64,000 nucleotides of DNA from Candidatus Iainarchaeum sp. (GTDB taxonomy: Archaea; Iainarchaeota; Iainarchaeia; Iainarchaeales; UBA10219): positions 224,001 to 288,000 of the forward strand of contig JAGVWE010000002.1 of the NCBI GenBank assembly GCA_018304425.1. Direction: 5' to 3'. This document shows, in pieces, positions 57,893 through 64,000 of this stretch. Position 1 is the stretch's first letter. Each line of letters starts with the position of its first letter. The position numbers and the translations under genes are program-made. Below the pieces are notes generated by a model. The model worked only from the letters and a program-made list of their open reading frames with translations, made no database searches and was not told where the DNA came from.

Positions 57893-58660
57893 ATGACGGA
57901 AAAAAGTGGGCACTGGTCAAGGGTAGTCAAGGTGGTGGAGCAGGCCGATGTGGTCATGGAAGTGCTGGACGCGCGGTTCCCCGAGCGGACGCGGCACGCC
58001 GGGCTCGAGAGCCTGGCCCGGGAGAAGGGGAAAAAGGTCTTGCTGGTGATGAACAAAGCCGACCTGGTGAAAAAAGAGAAACTCGAAGAGTCCCGGAACA
58101 AGTTGTTGAAGAACTGGCCCTGCCTCTGCGTCTCGGCCAAACAGCATGAGGGCTCGAACGCCTTGTGGGCCGAAATCTCTAGGCTCACCGGTGACCAGGA
58201 GTGCAAGGTCGGCGTATGCGGGTACCCCAACACCGGGAAGAGCTCCATCATCAATTACATGAAGGGCCGGAAGGTGGCCCAGACCTCCATCAAGGCGGGC
58301 TTTACCAAGGGCGAAAAACTGGTGAAGGTCAGCGAAAAAGTGTACTTGATCGACAGCCCGGGAATCATCCCCTACGAGGAACGCGACCAAAACGAGTTGG
58401 TGCTGGTGGGGGCCAAGAACCCCGAACAGGTGTCCGACCCCTTGGGGGCAGCCGAGTACCTGATGGAATTCATCGCCCAGGAAAACCCCAAGGCCTTCGA
58501 GGAATTCTATGGCGTGGGCATCGAAGGCAAGGACTTTGAACGCATCCTCGAAGAAATCGCTTACCGGAAGCGGCGGCTCCGCGTGGGCGGCAACCCGGAC
58601 CTGGACGTCATCAGCCGGATGCTGATCATGGACTGGCAGAAGGGAAGGCTCAAGCTCTAG
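57893..58660 (+). CDS. Circularly permuted GTPase (YlqF/RbgA family)
   Basis: DAR, NKAD, GYPNTGKSS and DSPG in permuted order. Confidence 0.92.
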   Translation: MTEKSGHWSRVVKVVEQADVVMEVLDARFPERTRHAGLESLAREKGKKVLLVMNKADLVKKEKLEESRNKLLKNWPCLCVSAKQHEGSNALWAEISRLTGDQECKVGVCGYPNTGKSSIINYMKGRKVAQTSIKAGFTKGEKLVKVSEKVYLIDSPGIIPYEERDQNELVLVGAKNPEQVSDPLGAAEYLMEFIAQENPKAFEEFYGVGIEGKDFERILEEIAYRKRRLRVGGNPDLDVISRMLIMDWQKGRLKL

Positions 58661-58698
58661 CCCAATATCCTTAAATATTTCCTCAACGTAGTCCTTGT

Positions 58699-59070
58699 AT
58701 GGGCTTGATTGGAACCGCGAGGCGGAAGCTCGGTAATCAATTGGAGCGATTGAGCGAGCGGCGCATGGCGAGACTCGGCAACCGACGCGACAAAAGAATG
58801 GGCACACGAAACCGAACCGGGGGCGAGTTGACGAAAGCGCTTCACGATTTGGCGGCAGCCCGCGGCTGGCGCGAAGGACGTGGCAGGCAGCAGACCGACT
58901 ATGGAATGGCCCGCGAGACCGCGGCTGCGGCCGGCAAAGTGCGAAAGGCCGCCAAAGCCCATGCACGCGCCATTCGCCGCGACGACCGGGATGTGCACAG
59001 GTACCGGCGCATCCGAAAAAGACATGCCAGCGGCTGGATTGGCCAGAGCATCCGGTGGCTGCAGAAATGA
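58699..59070 (+). CDS. Arg-rich orphan protein
   Basis: CTTAAATA about 25 nt upstream; fills the intergenic space. Confidence 0.45.
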   Translation: MGLIGTARRKLGNQLERLSERRMARLGNRRDKRMGTRNRTGGELTKALHDLAAARGWREGRGRQQTDYGMARETAAAAGKVRKAAKAHARAIRRDDRDVHRYRRIRKRHASGWIGQSIRWLQK

Positions 59071-59134
59071 GCCCAGCCAAGCCCCTGGCCTAGTCAGAGG
59101 CGGGGCTACTTTTAAATACCTCTAATCCCTACTA

Positions 59135-60124
59135 ATGGACATGGCGGCCCCGGAAAAGAAGAAGGCGATGAGCGCCGACGAAGAACGGCTGGCCGGCATG
59201 AGCCTGGACGAGGCCCTGCCATCCAGGGAAGAACGGCAGCGCAAGGCCGGCTTCGAGGAACCGGCGGCCTTCGGGGCCTTTGAAGCCCCGCAAGCCGTGG
59301 GCGGAGAAGAGTTCCGCATCGAGTTAGGGGAACGGCCCCGGATACGCGAGCGGATTGTGGACAGCTGGGCCGAGCCCCTCGACTACGAGCGCGGCGGCGA
59401 AGCCGAAGAAGACGCTTTCACGGGGTTGTTGAACCGCTTGCTTCCACGGCTGAGCCTCACCGAGCACAAGCGCGCCATTCTCGCGGGGTTTGCCGTCATC
59501 TACTTGGTCTTCGTCGGCATGCTGACTTACCTGTTCTTCTTCAACTCGGGGCTGGCCTTCGAGAAAGGAGGGGGAGAAGGACCAAGCGCCTTGCTGCTGA
59601 AAAACGTTTCCCAGCACGTGGCCAACGACGTGGTGGTCAGCTTCCAGGCCGAGAGCGGTGAAACCGTGAAGGTCGGGGAGTGGAAGCAACTCCTGCCAGG
59701 CGAAGGGCAACCCATTGAAGTCGCCAAGCTGCCGCGCCAGAAAAGCATTGAATTGATGGCCACTGCACGCTATCACCAGGGCGTGAACGCGCGCCTCTCC
59801 CTGGAAAAGCTTGAACGCGAGACCAAACTCCGAAGCAGCTTCCGCGCGCCCACCGTGGCGTTCGTGGACGAATCCTTTGAAATCAAGGCCGAGGTCTGCA
59901 ATGAGGCCTTGGACGAGGAAGTCATCAACGTACGGGAATCGCATGACGCCCGCGTGTTCAAAGAAGAGGCGCGGGGCTACGCCCTGGAACTGGCCGGCCA
60001 GCAATGCGCGGAAATCGTGGTGCCGTTCACGCCCAAGGCCGCGGCAAAAACCACCATCCTTTTTAACCTCATTAGCAGAGATAATAGCGAAAAGCAGCAG
60101 ATACGGCTGGAGGTAAGAGAGTAA
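59135..60124 (+). CDS. Single-pass membrane protein with beta-rich extracellular region
   Basis: Acidic N-terminus, one TM, then beta-strand-rich segments. Confidence 0.7.
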   Translation: MDMAAPEKKKAMSADEERLAGMSLDEALPSREERQRKAGFEEPAAFGAFEAPQAVGGEEFRIELGERPRIRERIVDSWAEPLDYERGGEAEEDAFTGLLNRLLPRLSLTEHKRAILAGFAVIYLVFVGMLTYLFFFNSGLAFEKGGGEGPSALLLKNVSQHVANDVVVSFQAESGETVKVGEWKQLLPGEGQPIEVAKLPRQKSIELMATARYHQGVNARLSLEKLERETKLRSSFRAPTVAFVDESFEIKAEVCNEALDEEVINVRESHDARVFKEEARGYALELAGQQCAEIVVPFTPKAAAKTTILFNLISRDNSEKQQIRLEVRE

Positions 60125-60783
60125 TGCCTGAACCCAAGACCGAGGCCAGCATCATTGACGTCATCCGGCAGATGGTGGCGGCCGGGGAAAGCGAGGAAAA
60201 AATCCTGCAAACCCTGAAAGACCTGGGAGTCGAACCCGCGAAAGCCCAGCGGCTGCTGTTATTGGGGCAGGCGGACACGTTCACCCTGTTGCGGGGCGAG
60301 ATAAACAAGATCGTGACCGAGTACGTGGAAAAGGAAAAGCCGCGCATGGTGGGCTTCATCGAAGAAGAAGCCGTGAAGGCCGGCGAAAAAGCCAGGAGAG
60401 AGGTCACGAAAGCCGCGAAAGAAGACTTGGACCGGTACGAGAAAGACATCACCGGGCAAAGCAAGACCTTCCAAGAACAAATCAATGAAACGGTTGCCAG
60501 CATGGCGGAATTGAACACGCGGGTGCGCGAAAAACTCAACGAACTCGGCGAACAACTCCGGCAAGCCCAACTCGACCTAGAAGAAATGAAGTTGCGCGGC
60601 GTGGGCGGCAGGAACCGAATCATTTCCCTGGGCCTCGTACTGGTGGGGCTGGCGTTCTTCGCCTACGACTTCTACTTGTTTTCCACGCAGTTCGGCGCGG
60701 TTTTGACCATTGACTCCATGATCGTGGCCATCGTCGTCGGCCTCATCGGGATAACCTGCTTGTTCGTGGCCACGCTGGTGTAA
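60124..60783 (+). CDS. Coiled-coil protein with two C-terminal TM helices
   Basis: TAATG coupling to the previous gene; heptad-rich middle region. Confidence 0.75.
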   Translation: MPEPKTEASIIDVIRQMVAAGESEEKILQTLKDLGVEPAKAQRLLLLGQADTFTLLRGEINKIVTEYVEKEKPRMVGFIEEEAVKAGEKARREVTKAAKEDLDRYEKDITGQSKTFQEQINETVASMAELNTRVREKLNELGEQLRQAQLDLEEMKLRGVGGRNRIISLGLVLVGLAFFAYDFYLFSTQFGAVLTIDSMIVAIVVGLIGITCLFVATLV

Positions 60784-60788
60784 GCCCG

Positions 60789-61493
60789 TTACCTGCGCCG
60801 GTCTATCTTGCCGACGAGGTCGTCGAAGAATTCCTGGTGCTTGGAGGCGGATTCCGCGACCGCGTCCTTGATGCCGAGGCCGAAGCCCAAACCGAAGGCC
60901 AGGGCCACCGCGACGATGGCCGTGGTCAACAGCAACTCGATGAGGCGCTGCAAGACGTTTATCTGGGGCTGCAGGCCGGGAAGGATGAGGGGCAAGGCCA
61001 GCACGGCCGCAATGTAAATGAACAAGGCGTGAATGCCCAGGGCCACGGGCTTGGCTAACATGATGCGCCGGTTGTCCCGAATGGTCTTGGTCACGTACGC
61101 AGCAACGAACAGCATGCCCACCAAGACGATGAGGCCCTGGGCGAGGTTCGGGAGGTAGCCGAGCAGGCCCCAGATGAGGTCCGTGAAAAACGAGATGCCC
61201 GCGATGTACGCGGCCTGGCCAAGGAATGCCAAGACGATGTAGACTTTCAGGAACACCGTGGCGATCTGGGTCACCGTAAAGCCGCCCAAGGCGCCGGAGA
61301 AGCTGCGCTTCGCGATTTCTTCTTCGAGGCGAATCCGCTTCAAGCCGGTGCGCAGCAGCTTGTTGACGAAGTCCGCGACCAGCAACCCCAAGGCCAGGAA
61401 CACCAGGAGGACCAGGGCGGAATACACCCAGGCCATGAAGTCCGAAATGAACGCGTTGACGAAGCCGCTGAAATCCAATCCATTGAACGCCAC
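60789..61493 (-). CDS. MscS/CmpX-like TM-helix membrane protein
   Basis: GYLPNLAQG and ALAFGLGFGLG motifs. Confidence 0.7.
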   Translation of the reverse strand: MAFNGLDFSGFVNAFISDFMAWVYSALVLLVFLALGLLVADFVNKLLRTGLKRIRLEEEIAKRSFSGALGGFTVTQIATVFLKVYIVLAFLGQAAYIAGISFFTDLIWGLLGYLPNLAQGLIVLVGMLFVAAYVTKTIRDNRRIMLAKPVALGIHALFIYIAAVLALPLILPGLQPQINVLQRLIELLLTTAIVAVALAFGLGFGLGIKDAVAESASKHQEFFDDLVGKIDRRR

Positions 61494-61556
61494 AATCCCA
61501 TCCCCCGTTCATGACAAGAATTTAGCAATATAACGGCGAAGTAGTATTTAAGCCTT

Positions 61557-61691
61557 TCAGGGAACGACTTTGAGGCGCTGGAACTCCTTGATGGCGTCCA
61601 TGGCATGCTCCAACTGGATTTTGGCGCGGATGCTCTTCTCCTTGTCCAGCAGCTTCTTCAAGTCGGAGAGCATGAGTTCGAGTTCAAGCAT
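61557..61691 (-). CDS. Small helical protein, 44 aa
   Basis: MLELELMLSDLKKLLDKEKSIRAKIQLEHAMDAIKEFQRLKVVP; host-like codons; TTTTTAA upstream. Confidence 0.55.
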   Translation of the reverse strand: MLELELMLSDLKKLLDKEKSIRAKIQLEHAMDAIKEFQRLKVVP

Positions 61692-61726
61692 GAAATAAGG
61701 GTGCAGGGCAAGGTTAAAAAAGCCCA

Positions 61727-62134
61727 TCAATGGGGTAAAACCGCCATCCGGCCGGTCAAAACCTCCAAGTCAATGGCTTTGGCGACGGCGTGGCGCAGGG
61801 AAATGGAGTAGTTTTTCTCGGCCTTCGAGAAGTGCTCGGGTTTCAAGAAAAACCAGCCCCGACGGGGGTACTTCCAGGCAATGAAGACCTCGGCGCCCGC
61901 GCGCTCGCACCAGGACAAGAGTTCCTGCATCTGGGAGACCGGCAAGTGGATGGAATCAGAGGCCCAGGCCTTGCATTCAAAGGCCAGGATTCGGCTCTTG
62001 TGCAAGGCAAGGAGGTCGGGGGCGGGAAGCGCGGTTTTCCCCGAACCCGCCACGCGCACCACGGAAAAGCCCTTGTCGAACAGGAGGTGGATTAGCTCGC
62101 GCTCGGCATCCGCTCCCTTCTTGTAATGGGCCAT
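61727..62134 (-). CDS. hjc: Holliday junction resolvase Hjc
   Basis: KGADAEREL, GFSVVRVAGSG, PDLLA and ECK. Confidence 0.92.
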   Translation of the reverse strand: MAHYKKGADAERELIHLLFDKGFSVVRVAGSGKTALPAPDLLALHKSRILAFECKAWASDSIHLPVSQMQELLSWCERAGAEVFIAWKYPRRGWFFLKPEHFSKAEKNYSISLRHAVAKAIDLEVLTGRMAVLPH

Positions 62135-62296
62135 GACAGGGAAAAGCAGCAAAGGAATTAATTAATGAGCGGCAAAACCTGAATTGGTGGGGTTTTAGGG
62201 TTTTCGGGGCATGGCTTTAAAAAGGCCTTGCCCAAGAAGGTATGTGTTAGGGTCCCGATAGGGGACGCTTAAGGCAGTAAATTTTTGTTTAAGCTT

Positions 62297-62584
62297 ATGA
62301 GCCCGGAACCGGTTCAAGGAATCACCCTGAACGTCAAGGTCTTCCCGGGCAGCAAAGAATTCGCATTCGAATTCGATGAAGCTGAAAACCTGTTGAAAGT
62401 CAGGTTAAAAGAAAAAGCAATCAAGGGCAAAGCCAACCAAGCGTTGCTGAAAGCCCTCAAGAAAGCGTTGAAGGCGCCCGTTGCGATTGTCGCAGGGCCT
62501 TTGTCAAGGGACAAAAGAGTTTTCGTGGAAAACCACACGAAAGAAAACGCTTTGAAATTGCTTCTTCGAAAATTCGCGCCTTAA
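62297..62584 (+). CDS. DUF167 (YggU) family protein
   Basis: VKVFPGS, GKAN and G..SRDK. Confidence 0.85.
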   Translation: MSPEPVQGITLNVKVFPGSKEFAFEFDEAENLLKVRLKEKAIKGKANQALLKALKKALKAPVAIVAGPLSRDKRVFVENHTKENALKLLLRKFAP

Positions 62585-62651
62585 GCTCTTTCTCCGGGAA
62601 ACACCCTAAACACAGCGTGCGCTCAGTCACACGCAATGGAAGTGAAAACAA

Positions 62652-64000
62652 ATGGCGAAAACATACGTGAATACTGTCAAGTACATGATTCACATCAAGT
62701 TCGAGGTAAAGGGAATCGTTGACAAGCCAGACATCGTTGGCGCGATTTTCGGCCAAAGCGAGGGCCTGCTCGGCGACGAAATGGACCTCAAGGAACTACA
62801 GAAGAACGGCAAAGTCGGGAGAATCGAAATCGAGCACAAGTCAGCCTTGGGCAAGACCAAGGGCATGATTTACGTGCCGAGCTCCATGGACATGGTGGAG
62901 ACCAGCATCCTGGCCGCGGCGGTTGAGTCCGTTGACAAGGTCGGGCCCTGCGAGGCCAAGTTCGAGGTCGCCAAAATCGAGGACACGCGCGGCAACAAGC
63001 GCGAAGAAATCAAGAACCGGGCCAAGGAACTCTTGAAGAACCTCATGGACACGCAGGCGCCTGAGACCACGGAAATCAAGACGGAAGTCCAGGAACAAGC
63101 CCGGGCAGCGGACATCGAGACCTATGGCGGGGACAAGTTGCCCTGCGGCCCCGACGCCAAGACCGACCCCGAAATAGTCGTGGTGGAAGGCCGCGCGGAC
63201 GTCGTGAACCTCTTGAAGAACAACATCAAGAACGTGGTCGGCATGGAGGGCAGCAAGATCAGCCAAGACATCGTCGACCTGTGCCGCGACAAGCAGGTCA
63301 CGGTCTTCGTTGACGGCGACCGCGGCGGGGACTTGATTGCCAGGAAGCTCATGCAGTTGGCGAAAGTCGACTTCGTGGCAAAGGCTCCTGACGGCAAGGA
63401 AGTCGAGGAACTCCAGCGCAAGGAAATAATCATGGCCTTGCGGAAACGCATGACCCTGGAAGAGTTCGACAACGCCCAGGCATTCCGGCCCCGCGAGGAA
63501 AGGCCCTTCAACCGCCCCGAAGGCGAACGCCGGGAATTCGGCGGCCACGGCGAAAGAACGGGCTTTGACCGCGGGTTTGGACGCGGACGCGGCTTCGGCG
63601 AACGAAGCGAGGGCTTCGGCGGCCGAGGCCAGGGCTTTGCACGCGGACCGCCAGGCGGCGAACGCGGTTATGGCCCCAGACCGGGATTCCGCGAACGCAG
63701 TCCCAGGGGCCGGTTTGAACGCGGCCAGTTCGAAGGCAACCAAAGCGCTGGCAGCCCCTCCGAAGGAGGGGAAGGCGAAGGCCAGGGCTTTGAGACCAGG
63801 GAAGGACGCGGTCAAGGCTTCGGCGAGCGAAGGCAGAGCGGCTTCGGACGCGGGCGCGGACGCTTTGAAAGAGGCGGCCCCCGGAGAGGAGGAAGCGGAC
63901 GCATGGGCTTCCACGGCAGAGACCGACCCGGTTACGGCGAAGAACCCGCGTTCCAGGAGGGAACCGGCGGACCCGCTCCCCTCGGAGAGCGAAAGCCGTT
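62652..64000 (+). CDS. dnaG: Archaeal DnaG (exosome-associated primase-like protein), runs off the window end
   Basis: Not in the ORF track. MAKTYVNTVKY...DKPDIVGAIFGQSEGLLG...VEGRADV...FVDGDRGG...APDGKEVEEL. Confidence 0.93.
   Translation, partial: MAKTYVNTVKYMIHIKFEVKGIVDKPDIVGAIFGQSEGLLGDEMDLKELQKNGKVGRIEIEHKSALGKTKGMIYVPSSMDMVETSILAAAVESVDKVGPCEAKFEVAKIEDTRGNKREEIKNRAKELLKNLMDTQAPETTEIKTEVQEQARAADIETYGGDKLPCGPDAKTDPEIVVVEGRADVVNLLKNNIKNVVGMEGSKISQDIVDLCRDKQVTVFVDGDRGGDLIARKLMQLAKVDFVAKAPDGKEVEELQRKEIIMALRKRMTLEEFDNAQAFRPREERPFNRPEGERREFGGHGERTGFDRGFGRGRGFGERSEGFGGRGQGFARGPPGGERGYGPRPGFRERSPRGRFERGQFEGNQSAGSPSEGGEGEGQGFETREGRGQGFGERRQSGFGRGRGRFERGGPRRGGSGRMGFHGRDRPGYGEEPAFQEGTGGPAPLGERKP
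63481..64000 (+). repeat. RG/FG/ER low-complexity coding repeats inside dnaG
   Basis: In-frame GFGRGRG (x2), GRGQGF (x2) and GRFERG (x2). Confidence 0.85.

Noticed and set aside
1-64000. CRISPR arrays, rRNA genes, transposases, integrases or provirus genes
   Set aside because: No spaced direct repeats, rRNA consensus or such protein motifs were seen.

Overview
This is a gene-dense, GC-rich archaeal chromosome segment. The gene set and short TATA-to-ATG spacing suggest a DPANN lineage such as Diapherotrites/Iainarchaeota or Micrarchaeota; that assignment is an inference. Most genes are housekeeping: thrS, nreA, rfcS, mtaB, topA and cdc48 (each with a LAGLIDADG intein), apgM, asnB, ABCE1, pelota, elp3, taw3, thpR, cca, tRNA-Arg(TCG), kbl/tdh, EF-1beta, rad50, rps17e, rpoK, herA/nurA, pth2, hjc and dnaG. 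There are also a four-gene pilin-like cluster and two toxin-antitoxin pairs. The most notable unexplained items are: (1) a free-standing LAGLIDADG gene whose stop codon shares its last base with G1 of tRNA-Arg, next to a ~260-nt highly base-paired non-coding segment; (2) a second ~140-nt four-way-junction RNA candidate; (3) two intact pseudo-enzymes, an ATP-cone NrdD lacking the glycyl-radical module and a family B polymerase with all three catalytic motifs replaced; (4) a DnaG with a long RG/FG low-complexity region; (5) a 15-aa Lys/Arg micro-ORF with its own promoter and RBS; (6) secreted Cys-rich proteins and scattered basic orphan proteins with GNAT, ART-like or methyltransferase-like motifs. 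All family calls come from motif recognition by eye; no searches were run.
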